DNA from: Bordetella parapertussis
GTDB lineage: Bacteria > Acidobacteriota > Terriglobia > Bryobacterales > Bryobacteraceae
Length of the DNA stretch: 64,000 nucleotides
Direction of reading: 5' to 3'
Assembly (NCBI GenBank): GCA_943328975.2
Contig: CALQCC020000014.1
Location: 15,445-79,444, forward strand
The position numbers and the translations under genes were made by a program. Below, one piece after another: positions 53,679-62,106 of this stretch. Within the stretch, counting starts at the first letter, position 1, and each line of letters opens with the position of its first letter. The notes beneath the pieces are model-generated. The model did not search any database. It was not told the DNA's origin and saw only the letters and a program-made list of their open reading frames with translations.

Positions 53679-55061
53679 CTAACGTCCTCGACCCGCTCCG
53701 CCTGGACCAACAGGGACTGCGATGGCTCCCGCGCCTCCGCCCGGACGTCCACCACCGGGAGCGCCGGTGGCGCCGCCGCCGAAGCCTCCACCCGTGCCGA
53801 AGCCGGTTCCGAAGCCGGTGGTGCCGCCAGGGCCGGTTGCACCGCCTTGGCCACCGGGACCAGTCGCGCCACCGCCACGTCCGCCGTTGGCACCGGGCAC
53901 TCCACCGGCTCCGCCCGCGCCGCCAACTCCACCGCCGGCACCTGCGGCAGGAGTGAAGACAAACTCCCACTCCTCATACTTGGAGCGTTCCTTATACACC
54001 TTGATGCTGGGACCCGTGTGGGTGCTGGCGACACCGGCAATACCTCCGCCGCCGACCGCGTTGTTCTGCGGCACGCCGACACCCGCAGGCGCCGCACGCG
54101 GCGTGGTCAGCAAGCGATTGATTACGTCGATGCCAGCGTTCGCAGCGCCGCCGGGAAGTCCGGGGGTAGTGTTAGGGTTGGCACCGGGCAGGCCGCCCGG
54201 TAAGGGAGCCGCACCTCCGATGGGCAACGGAACAAGTTGTCCGTTGGGACCGATCTGAAATCCAGGCGGCGCGTTTGCCTGGGCGCCTGCGTTCGCCTGT
54301 TGACCCGGCAATTGTTGACCGGGAAATTGTTGCCCAGGAAATTGCGGCTGGAATCCGCCTTGCGTCGGTTGTGTGCCTGGAGTCGGTTGTTGTCCCGGAA
54401 ACTGTTGACCGGGAAATTGCTGTCCAGGGAATTGCGGTTGACCGTTGGTCTGTAGGTTGCCTGGAAGTTGCACGCCAGCAGGGAGCGCGCCGGGAATGCC
54501 GAAGCCTTGCTGGCCTTGTCCTACAACACCCGGAAGATTCGGAAACTGAGGATTGTTCTGCGGCGCTGGACCGGAAAAACTCTGCGCTCCGGGTAACGTC
54601 ACGTCGCTAGGCCGGGCGAGCACCGCGGCGTTTACTTGTTGCTCTTGCGACTGCTGCGAGTTCGAGGTGCTGCTCGGTGTCGAACCTACGGTGGGAGGCT
54701 TCGTTACCAAAGAATCGGTCAACTGCGCCCCGTTCGTGTGGATCAGCCGCCATTCGGTCTTGCCAGTGTACGGATCGGCATAACGTCGGCGCAAATAGCG
54801 CTTGTTGTTGTGCTTTTCGAGGTCGTCCAGGCTCTGCGGCCACTGCCCCGCGTTGTCGAGTTGGTAGAGCTGGATGGCCCGAATGAACTGCTCGCCGCGA
54901 TCGATGAGGACTTGCTCTTTTTCGCGTTCGCTCTCAAACGCGACGCGCGGAAGCTGCGCGTACATCATCAGCGCGATCGCACCCGCCATCATGAAGATGA
55001 TTAGCAGGATGAACCCGCCTTGGGTTTGCTTGCGCCGGGCTGAGGCTGGGCGGCACTTCAT
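53679..55061 (-). CDS. Pseudopilin-like (GspG-fold-like) protein with a long Gln/Pro/Gly-rich repeat region and a Gly-rich tail
   Basis: The N-terminus RRKQTQGG-FILLIIFMMAGAIALMMY is a prepilin-like helix without Glu at +5. GspG-like DRGEQFIRAIQLYQLDNAGQWPQSLDDL...YADPYTGKTEW. Then QQFPG repeats and a GGAGGAGG...GFGTGFGTGGGFGGG tail. Confidence 0.65.
   Translation of the reverse strand: MKCRPASARRKQTQGGFILLIIFMMAGAIALMMYAQLPRVAFESEREKEQVLIDRGEQFIRAIQLYQLDNAGQWPQSLDDLEKHNNKRYLRRRYADPYTGKTEWRLIHTNGAQLTDSLVTKPPTVGSTPSSTSNSQQSQEQQVNAAVLARPSDVTLPGAQSFSGPAPQNNPQFPNLPGVVGQGQQGFGIPGALPAGVQLPGNLQTNGQPQFPGQQFPGQQFPGQQPTPGTQPTQGGFQPQFPGQQFPGQQLPGQQANAGAQANAPPGFQIGPNGQLVPLPIGGAAPLPGGLPGANPNTTPGLPGGAANAGIDVINRLLTTPRAAPAGVGVPQNNAVGGGGIAGVASTHTGPSIKVYKERSKYEEWEFVFTPAAGAGGGVGGAGGAGGVPGANGGRGGGATGPGGQGGATGPGGTTGFGTGFGTGGGFGGGATGAPGGGRPGGGAGAIAVPVGPGGAGRGR
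54297..54440 (-). repeat. Two clusters of 15-nt in-frame tandem repeats (encoding QQFPG-type pentapeptides)
   Basis: The + strand reads ctgttgacccggcaa / ttgttgaccgggaaa / ttgttgcccaggaaa / ttgcggctggaat, and again ttgttgtcccggaaa / ctgttgaccgggaaa / ttgctgtccagggaa / ttgcggttgacc. Confidence 0.8.
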
Positions 55062-55063
55062 GG

Positions 55064-55780
55064 TTAAGGGTCCTGACGATCAATGATGCGCAGGGTTTGC
55101 GTATTCTTGGAAACGGTGTCTTCCACTTCGGCCGAGGTTGTACCGATGCGCACGATGCGGTATCGATTGCGGATGGTGTCGTTTTCACCCACGACGAAGT
55201 TGTCCTCGCCGTCGACAAAGAGGGCTCGTAACCGTCCGCCGCCGCGCGTTGTGCCTTCGTAGCCGAAATACTTGAGCGGAATCGGCGGGGGCGGAGGCTT
55301 CACCGGCGCTGCGAGCGGTGCTTGCTTGGCCGCATCGGCAAACGGGTCGACCTTCGGAGCAGTCGGCTTGATGGGGTCCACTTTCGGCGGAGGCGGCGGA
55401 GGTGGAGTGAAGAACTCAAACAAACTGCGCGAGCCGCCAACGTCGCCGACCTCGCGAACGCGCGCGAGCAAGTCGGTGCGTAACGTGGGGTCTACTTTGC
55501 TGAGATCGAAATCGTCGGGCAGCTTGAGCGAAGGGCGGAAATCATCGGTGCCTCCACGCGCCGCTCGTGTGGCACGCGAAGCAGGACGAGCAACCGGCGC
55601 AGGCTGCACGATTGGCAGACTCACACGCGGGGTGGTCGTGTTCGAACTAGAAGGCGGCGTGACTGGCGTGTCGGAACTATTGCCGTACCAATACGCGGGG
55701 ATGGCCGCCAGCAGGAGCCCGATCAACAGCATCATCTTCTTCGGCTCTGCACCCAGGCCGGTCGGCATCCACTTACTCAT
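55064..55780 (-). CDS. PilP-like pilus/secretion assembly protein (N-terminal TM, Pro-rich linker, C-terminal beta domain)
   Basis: MMLLIGLLLAAIPAYWY anchor, PPPPPPPK linker, C-terminal LKYFGYEG...ALFVDGEDNFVVGENDTIRNRYRIVRIGTTSAEVED, which is PilP/GspC-like. It sits after pilO. Confidence 0.55.
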   Translation of the reverse strand: MSKWMPTGLGAEPKKMMLLIGLLLAAIPAYWYGNSSDTPVTPPSSSNTTTPRVSLPIVQPAPVARPASRATRAARGGTDDFRPSLKLPDDFDLSKVDPTLRTDLLARVREVGDVGGSRSLFEFFTPPPPPPPKVDPIKPTAPKVDPFADAAKQAPLAAPVKPPPPPIPLKYFGYEGTTRGGGRLRALFVDGEDNFVVGENDTIRNRYRIVRIGTTSAEVEDTVSKNTQTLRIIDRQDP

Positions 55781-56397
55781 TGCTTGGCCTCCTGTGAGGC
55801 GACTTGCAGGGGCGCGTCTTCGCGGATGAACGCTTCCATTTTGATCGCGACGGTCAAAATGCTGGTGCCCTGCTGCGGAGTGGCATTCAACGATTCGATG
55901 ATGAGCAAGCTGGAGGAACGATCAATCTCACGCACGAAGCTGAGCAGGTTGCGATAGGTGCCTTCGAAGTTCGCGGTGATGGTCACCATGCCCAACGTTT
56001 CAGAGCCGTCGATCAAGTCGATGGAAAACGCGTTGCCGCGATCTTTGATGCCGGCGCGCTGCGCGATTTGGTTCAGCTCCGTGAGCATCGTCGAGGGAAC
56101 GGTGCGGCGCGTGACGAAATACTTACTCAGAAATTCATCCGCGGCCCCGCGGCCCTTTTCAACGGCGGTGGCGTGCTGCTTCGTTTCGTCCAGCCGAGTC
56201 TTCGCTTGGCGAACCTGCGATTGCAGGCGGACCAAGTCCTCTTCCAGCGCTTCCGCCGAACCGCCGGGAGGATACAGCACCAACGCCGCCGCAGCCAAAT
56301 TCAAGACTACAAGTACTCCCAGCACGATGCGCGCGATCTGCGCCTTGCCTGGACCCTTCGCTGCCGCGCTGGCCTTGAGTTTAGAATTTTTGGCCAT
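55777..56397 (-). CDS. pilO: Type IV pilus biogenesis protein PilO-like
   Basis: Single TM (IARIVLGVLVVLNLAAAALVL), a coiled coil, then ...MVTITANFEGTYRNLLSFVREIDRSSSLLIIESLN, a PilO-like ferredoxin-fold segment. Confidence 0.75.
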   Translation of the reverse strand: MAKNSKLKASAAAKGPGKAQIARIVLGVLVVLNLAAAALVLYPPGGSAEALEEDLVRLQSQVRQAKTRLDETKQHATAVEKGRGAADEFLSKYFVTRRTVPSTMLTELNQIAQRAGIKDRGNAFSIDLIDGSETLGMVTITANFEGTYRNLLSFVREIDRSSSLLIIESLNATPQQGTSILTVAIKMEAFIREDAPLQVASQEAKQ

Positions 56398-56950
56398 AGC
56401 TCACAGTCAACCGGTAGCGATACAGGGGTTCGTTTTGCGAAGGTGGATCGGCGCGCAGCAGCGTCGCCGGTCCGAACAGCGGCGAGTTCTGCAAACGCGT
56501 GGTGAATTCGATGGCTTGCGCGGGCTGTTGTGCGCCCACTTCCATGTCGAGCGTAACTTCGTTGCGGGAGTTGACCTGCGGCAAGCGGACTTGAATCAAA
56601 CGCACGTTGCCGGGCAGGACGCCTTCGATGTCCGCGAACAACCGAGCCCAACTAATGGACTTACGTTCGACCAACGCGTTGAGCAGCACGCTCTGTTGCA
56701 GCACTTCGGCATTCACGGGCTGACGCAGCGTGGTGTCGACTTTAGCTTGCTCCACGGCCGTGGCGCTCACTTGCGTTTGCAGTGCGCTGACCGCGTCGCG
56801 ATTTTCCGCGGCCCGCGCGCGTTCCCCCAGGATCAAGTACGCCTGCACGCCGAGCAACCCCACCAACAAAATGGAGCAGACGGTCGAAACAACCACCGCC
56901 GCACGATCATGACGAAACGGCTCAGTGGATAGATTGATAGGGACGCGCAT
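56381..56950 (-). CDS. pilN: Type IV pilus biogenesis protein PilN-like
   Basis: MRVPINLSTEPFRHDR... is the PilN INL motif that binds PilM. Single TM and a coiled coil. Confidence 0.8.
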   Translation of the reverse strand: MRVPINLSTEPFRHDRAAVVVSTVCSILLVGLLGVQAYLILGERARAAENRDAVSALQTQVSATAVEQAKVDTTLRQPVNAEVLQQSVLLNALVERKSISWARLFADIEGVLPGNVRLIQVRLPQVNSRNEVTLDMEVGAQQPAQAIEFTTRLQNSPLFGPATLLRADPPSQNEPLYRYRLTVSYGQKF

Positions 56951-57822
56951 TATCGCACCGCCTCCAGGTATCCGAGTAGTCCCGCGTTATATCCATTCAC
57001 CGGACCCAAGCGGCTGCGCAATGTTTCCGTGGGCACCGAGATACCTTCCGGCGCGCGCCCGAAGCCGCACAGGATCAACTTACTGACGGGTTGCGACAAC
57101 TCGTCTTCGACATAGGCGAAGGTCGGATGCAACACGCCGAGCAGTTCCTCGTCGTTCACTTCTTCGAGAGGCAGGCAGCGGAACAGTTTCAATTTTCCGT
57201 CGGCCAGCGCCATCACGGTAACGACGTTGCCCGCTAATTTTGCGATGACCACCACTCCGGGCTCGCGATACAGTTCCAGCGCGGCCAGAGACGAAGGCGT
57301 TACGTCGCCAGGATGAAACCCGACACTGCGGAACAAAGCTTCGTAGCGAGCCAGAACTTCAAACGCCACGGTGACGGCGACCACGTCGGCTTTCTTCTTG
57401 CCGCCGGTGCCAGGCTGAATCCAGTAACTGACAGCCGCGGATTCGATGTCAAACGGAACGGTTTTCTTCACGCGGAATCGGACCAGCGCGAGTTGTTCTT
57501 CAGGCGAACTGGGGAAAGAATCGAAGTCGAGCAGGCTGACGCGCACGCAGTGGTCGGGCAGAATCACCGCTGCAGGACGACGCTTCTTGCCACCGCCACC
57601 CGGCGCGATGCGTTGAATGGTTTGCGACGCCACGTCCGCCGAAAGCAGATTGTCTTCGATCGGCGAAGGCACCAGCGTTCCCGCCGGAAACTCCGCGAAC
57701 CCTGCCTGCCCGTTGGCCGAATAGGCCACGCCCGCCTCCGACAGCTCGAAGATGTGGCTGGGCGCTGGGTCTTGCGCGAACCGCGTGATTTGTTTCCACA
57801 GGGACATATTAGGAGGCCTCAA
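56950..57822 (-). CDS. pilM: PilM/GspL-like cytoplasmic actin-fold assembly protein (short form)
   Basis: 290 aa, placed between the ATPase and pilN. AAVILPDHCVRVSLLDFDSFPSS.EEQLALVRFRVKKTVPF is PilM-like. The start may be the Met at 57807. Confidence 0.6.
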   Translation of the reverse strand: MRPPNMSLWKQITRFAQDPAPSHIFELSEAGVAYSANGQAGFAEFPAGTLVPSPIEDNLLSADVASQTIQRIAPGGGGKKRRPAAVILPDHCVRVSLLDFDSFPSSPEEQLALVRFRVKKTVPFDIESAAVSYWIQPGTGGKKKADVVAVTVAFEVLARYEALFRSVGFHPGDVTPSSLAALELYREPGVVVIAKLAGNVVTVMALADGKLKLFRCLPLEEVNDEELLGVLHPTFAYVEDELSQPVSKLILCGFGRAPEGISVPTETLRSRLGPVNGYNAGLLGYLEAVR

Positions 57823-59446
57823 TAAAGGTGACCTTATTGATCTCCTTCAATGTCGTTTCACCCTCGCGGGCTTTTTCGAGCGCCGATTCGCGCAACGACG
57901 TCATGCCTTCCTCGCGCGCTTTGCGTCGGATTTCAGAGGCCGGGCGTTTGTCCAAGATGAGTTCGCGGATGGGCTCGCTCAAGTCGAGCAGTTCGGTGAT
58001 CGCGGTTCGGCCACGGAAGCCGGTACCACCGCATTCAAAACATCCCGGGCCCTCGTAAAACACCACGTCGCGCCACTTCGCTGGATCCAGACCGCTATCC
58101 TTCAACTCCATATCGGAGACCGCGATGGGCGCTTTGCAGTGCGGACAAATCTGCCGGACCAGCCGCTGCGCCAGGATGCAGTTCAGCGCGCTGACGAAAT
58201 TATAGGGCTCGACGCCCATGTTCAGGAAGCGGCCCAACACGTCGAACACGTTGTTGGCGTGGACGGTGGTGAACACCAAGTGGCCGGTGAGCGCCGCGTT
58301 GATCGCGATCTGCGCGGTTTCCTGGTCGCGGATTTCTCCCACCATGATTTTGTCCGGATCGTGACGCAGAATCGAACGCAGTCCGCGCGCAAAAGTCAGT
58401 CCCTTTTTCTCGTTCACAGGGATCTGTGTGATGCCCTTGATCTGATACTCGACTGGATCTTCGATGGTAATGATTTTGTCTTCGTCGCTCTTGATCTCAT
58501 TCAAGCCGGCGTAGAGTGTTGTCGTTTTACCCGACCCAGTGGGGCCGGTCACCAGCACCATGCCGTACGGTTCCTTGATGTAGCGGCGGAACTTTACCAG
58601 ATCGCTGCCGGAGAAGCCCACTACGTCCAGCGACAACGTGGAAAACTTCTCGCTCATTGATTCTTTATCCAGAACACGGAGCACCGCGTCTTCGCCGAAG
58701 ACGGTGGGCATGATGGAGACGCGGAAATCGATCAGGCGGTTCTTGTAGCGGACGCGGAAACGGCCGTCTTGCGGCGTGCGGCGCTCGGCGATATCGAGCT
58801 CGCTCATGACCTTGATACGGGAGATGATCGTCGAATGCCAGTCTTTCGCGATGGGCGGCATCGCATAGTGCAGCACGCCGTCGATGCGGTACTTGATAGC
58901 GACTTCCTGATCGCGCGTTTCGATGTGGATATCGCTGGCTCGCCGTTCCAGCGCGTTGAAGATCGTGGTGTCGACCAGCTTGATCACCGGCGCGATGTCG
59001 GAATCGCTGGCGGCCAGGCGGTCGATGGAGAGCGTCTCGTCCGGATTCTCTTCGTCTCCAACTACGTCCAGCGTGAAGCCTTCAGTGACTTCTTCCAGAA
59101 CGCGCTGCGACTGCTCGGTCTTCTTGAGCAGGTCCGAAATTTGGGATAGCGTCGCGACCTTGATACGCAGTTTGCGGTTCAGCAGCCCGCTCAATTCGTC
59201 GATCAAGCTGAGGTTGCGCGGATCGGCCAGCGCGATTTCCAGGGTGCCGTTCACGCCCTGAATCGGGACGAAGTTGTAGCGGAACATCAGGTCGACCGGA
59301 ATCGACGTGAACAGATCGTGGTCGATGCGGGTTTCGCGCAGGTCGACAAACTCGTGATAGTAGCGCTTGGCCAAGGCGCGCGCCTGCTCGGTTTGTTGAG
59401 CGGCGTCGGTGAGGATGATACGGTCGCTGGCAGCCATTAGAATCAA
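57809..59446 (-). CDS. pilB: Type II secretion / type IV pilus assembly ATPase (GspE/PilB family)
   Basis: T2SSE_N-like N-terminus, Walker A GPTGSGKTTTLYA, Asp/His boxes, tetracysteine CPHCK...CFECGGTG. Confidence 0.9.
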   Translation of the reverse strand: MILMAASDRIILTDAAQQTEQARALAKRYYHEFVDLRETRIDHDLFTSIPVDLMFRYNFVPIQGVNGTLEIALADPRNLSLIDELSGLLNRKLRIKVATLSQISDLLKKTEQSQRVLEEVTEGFTLDVVGDEENPDETLSIDRLAASDSDIAPVIKLVDTTIFNALERRASDIHIETRDQEVAIKYRIDGVLHYAMPPIAKDWHSTIISRIKVMSELDIAERRTPQDGRFRVRYKNRLIDFRVSIMPTVFGEDAVLRVLDKESMSEKFSTLSLDVVGFSGSDLVKFRRYIKEPYGMVLVTGPTGSGKTTTLYAGLNEIKSDEDKIITIEDPVEYQIKGITQIPVNEKKGLTFARGLRSILRHDPDKIMVGEIRDQETAQIAINAALTGHLVFTTVHANNVFDVLGRFLNMGVEPYNFVSALNCILAQRLVRQICPHCKAPIAVSDMELKDSGLDPAKWRDVVFYEGPGCFECGGTGFRGRTAITELLDLSEPIRELILDKRPASEIRRKAREEGMTSLRESALEKAREGETTLKEINKVTFIEAS

Positions 59447-59536
59447 TCACTTAAAGAACGTGGTCGCCTGGAGACAACTCGCTCTGTAAGTACTAGACGC
59501 GACCGGGGGCCGAAACGTGCAGACTTTGGCGACTGC

Positions 59537-60745
59537 CTAGGTCCGGATCGAATCCGCGAGCGAGAAGATTGGCAAGTAGAGCGAGATCAGTACGAAGCCG
59601 ACAAAAATGGCCATGATCAGCATGATGATGGGTTCGATCAGGCTCAACAGAGCGGTGACGCGGGTGGAAACGTCGTCTTCATAAAATTCGGCGACGCTGG
59701 TGAGCATGGCGGGCAGCGCGCCGGTGGATTCCCCGACCTCGATCATATCGAGCGATAGCGATGGAAAGATCCCGGTGGTCCGCATGGAACTCGAGAGTGA
59801 CTGGCCCTCACGCACTAGTTTCACGGCCTGCTGCAGGACGTTCTTAAGCACCGGCGTCCCCAAGGATTCAGCGGAGGTGTTCAGAGCCTGCATCAGCGGA
59901 ATGCCGCCAACCAGCAGCGTCCCCAGCATGCGCGAGAACTGCGCCACCTGATATTTCAGCCACACTTCGCCGACCATGGGCAGCTTCAGCAGGAAGCGAT
60001 CGACGGTTTCGCTCCCGGCGGGGGTGCGCGCCCAGTAGCGGAATCCGACAATGCCCGCGATCAGAGCGACAAACCCTCCCAGGACGTAGCTCCGCGCCGT
60101 GGTGCCGATGGCGATCAAGAATAGCGTGGCGGCCGGCAGCTGGGCATCCAGGTTCTTGTACAGTTCCGCGAAGTTCGGGACCACGTAGGTGACCAGGAAC
60201 ACGATCAAGCCGATCACCAGGAAGATGAGCAGCGCTGGATAGATCAGGGAGACGATCAGCTTCTTGCGGACCGATAGGGCCAGTTTTTGATAGGTGATGA
60301 AGCGCTCCAACACGTCCGCGAGCGAGCCGCTGCGCTCCCCGGCCAGGACGCTGGTGACGTAGATCGCCGGGAAGACATTCTGCCGGGCAAACGCATCTGA
60401 CAGCAACGCGCCGTTCTTGACCTCTTCGCGGACGCCTTGAATGTACTTGGATAGCTTGGGGTCGGTCAGCCGGTCGGCAAGCAGGTCGAGACTCTTCATG
60501 ATCGGCAACCCGGCGCGGATCAGCGTCACGAACTGCTGGTTAAAGATGAGGAACTTCTCGAGATTGACCTTGTTGCGCTTGGGACCCAGTCCGGCCGCCA
60601 TGGCTTCGGAGCGGGGCTTGATGGAATAGACCAGGAAACCTTGGTCGGTGAGCCGGTCGCGCAGTTCGCGTTCCGAATCCGCCTCGGCCACCTGTTGGTG
60701 GACTTCCCCTCGGGCGTCGGCGTATTTAAGTGTCCATTCGGCCAT
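59537..60745 (-). CDS. pilC: Type II secretion / type IV pilus platform protein (GspF/PilC family)
   Basis: 402 aa with two T2SSF repeats (...FNQQFVTLIRAGLPI..., ...FSRMLGTLLVGGIPL...) and 3 TM segments. Confidence 0.9.
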   Translation of the reverse strand: MAEWTLKYADARGEVHQQVAEADSERELRDRLTDQGFLVYSIKPRSEAMAAGLGPKRNKVNLEKFLIFNQQFVTLIRAGLPIMKSLDLLADRLTDPKLSKYIQGVREEVKNGALLSDAFARQNVFPAIYVTSVLAGERSGSLADVLERFITYQKLALSVRKKLIVSLIYPALLIFLVIGLIVFLVTYVVPNFAELYKNLDAQLPAATLFLIAIGTTARSYVLGGFVALIAGIVGFRYWARTPAGSETVDRFLLKLPMVGEVWLKYQVAQFSRMLGTLLVGGIPLMQALNTSAESLGTPVLKNVLQQAVKLVREGQSLSSSMRTTGIFPSLSLDMIEVGESTGALPAMLTSVAEFYEDDVSTRVTALLSLIEPIIMLIMAIFVGFVLISLYLPIFSLADSIRT

Positions 60746-60831
60746 GCGTTACCTAAGATATGACGACGGGACCCGGTCGGGCGTGCAGAGCCCGTTTGAC
60801 CGGGGACCCGCTCCGCGCTTACCCTAACATA

Positions 60832-62106
60832 ATGAACCGGAACACCCGCGTGATTTTCGGGTTCCTCGTTGTGGGAGCCATGGTCGCAGTCCCGTACCTT
60901 ACGGGTGCGCTCTACATCGCTCCTCCGCCGCCTCCGCCTGCTGCCCCTACCGTTGAAGCTCCCAAACAAATCGTCCAACATCTCCCCATCGAGCAAGGCG
61001 ACACCATGGACGAAATCCTGGTCGCGGCCGGGCTCGACCCCAGCACGCGGCTGGAGATCGTGCACGCCTTCAACGAGGCCTACGATATCCGTAAAGTCCG
61101 GGCCGGCCGCGAGTTATTGCTTACGCGCTGGGAGAAGACCGGCGAGATCGCTTCGTTGGAATACACCGTCGACGCCGATCATCAAGTTCTGTTGTTCCGC
61201 ACCGATGGCGTCAGTTCGGCTGAACTCCTGGAGATTCCCGGCGTGGTCAAGGAAGTTCCGGTGTGCGCCACGCTGCAGGGTTCGCTCGCCTCAACTATGG
61301 ACCGGGCGGGAGAAGGCTTCACGCTCGCCATGATGATGGCCGACGTGTTGGCCTTCGATATCGACTTCTATCGCGACCCCCAGCCGGGTGACGACTTCTG
61401 CCTGTTGGTGGAGAAGAAATTTTACGAGAACGGTCAGCAGCCGACGTACCGGCGGATTCTGGGCGCTCGCTACAACAACGCGGGTCATGTCTCGGACGCG
61501 TTTTACTTCACCGATCCGGCCTCGACCGATGGCAAGGGCAGCTACTACGGCGGCAAGGGCGAATCGCTCAAGTCGACGTTCTTGCGGTCGCCGCTGGAGT
61601 TTGATGCTCGGGTGAGTTCTCATTTCTCGATGAGCCGCTTGCACCCGGTGCTGCACACCACCCGGGCGCACTACGGGACCGACTACGCTGCGCCCACCGG
61701 AACTCCGGTGCGATCGGTCGCGTCGGGCAAGGTTGTGGGCGCGGGGATGTCGGGTGGTTCAGGCAACATGGTTACGATCCGCCACGCCGACGGGTATCAG
61801 ACGCAGTATCTGCACCTATCGCAGATTCTGGTGCACGTGGGCCAGCAGGTAGATCAGGCTACGCGCATCGGACTGGTGGGAGCCACGGGCTTGGCCACGG
61901 GGCCGCACTTGGATATTCGCATCAGCCGCAACGGCGGCTACATGAATTGGGAAAAGATGCGCTCGCCGCGGACCGTGTCACTCACAGGGCAGTTGAAGGA
62001 ACAATTCTCTTTCGAGCGCGATCGCATGGTCGAAATGATGGATGCGGCTCTTAAGGCGATACAGGTTGCGTCGCATTCGGCGGCACCTGCGCCAGTTGGG
62101 AATTAG
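60832..62106 (+). CDS. M23-family (LytM-type) metallopeptidase
   Basis: ATG at 60832, N-terminal TM. HYGTDYAAPTGTPV, GNMVTIRHADGYQTQYLHLS, GATGLATGPHLDIR (HxxxD / HxH motifs). Confidence 0.9.
   Translation: MNRNTRVIFGFLVVGAMVAVPYLTGALYIAPPPPPPAAPTVEAPKQIVQHLPIEQGDTMDEILVAAGLDPSTRLEIVHAFNEAYDIRKVRAGRELLLTRWEKTGEIASLEYTVDADHQVLLFRTDGVSSAELLEIPGVVKEVPVCATLQGSLASTMDRAGEGFTLAMMMADVLAFDIDFYRDPQPGDDFCLLVEKKFYENGQQPTYRRILGARYNNAGHVSDAFYFTDPASTDGKGSYYGGKGESLKSTFLRSPLEFDARVSSHFSMSRLHPVLHTTRAHYGTDYAAPTGTPVRSVASGKVVGAGMSGGSGNMVTIRHADGYQTQYLHLSQILVHVGQQVDQATRIGLVGATGLATGPHLDIRISRNGGYMNWEKMRSPRTVSLTGQLKEQFSFERDRMVEMMDAALKAIQVASHSAAPAPVGN

Noticed and set aside
53722-54258. A Pro-rich plus-strand ORF (MAPAPPPGRPPPGAPVAPPPKPPPVPKP...) as an alternative coding interpretation of the low-complexity region.
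   Set aside because: It is the mirror image of the Gly-rich minus-strand frame. The minus frame is continuous for 460 codons, starts 3 nt after the upstream gene and has an ordered pseudopilin-like N-terminal domain. Translation evidence would still be useful.
54297-54440. Short tandem repeats as a possible CRISPR-like or other non-coding repeat array.
   Set aside because: The units are 15 nt, in frame, imperfect and without spacers. They encode QQFPG-type peptide repeats inside a CDS. No CRISPR array or cas genes occur anywhere in the window.
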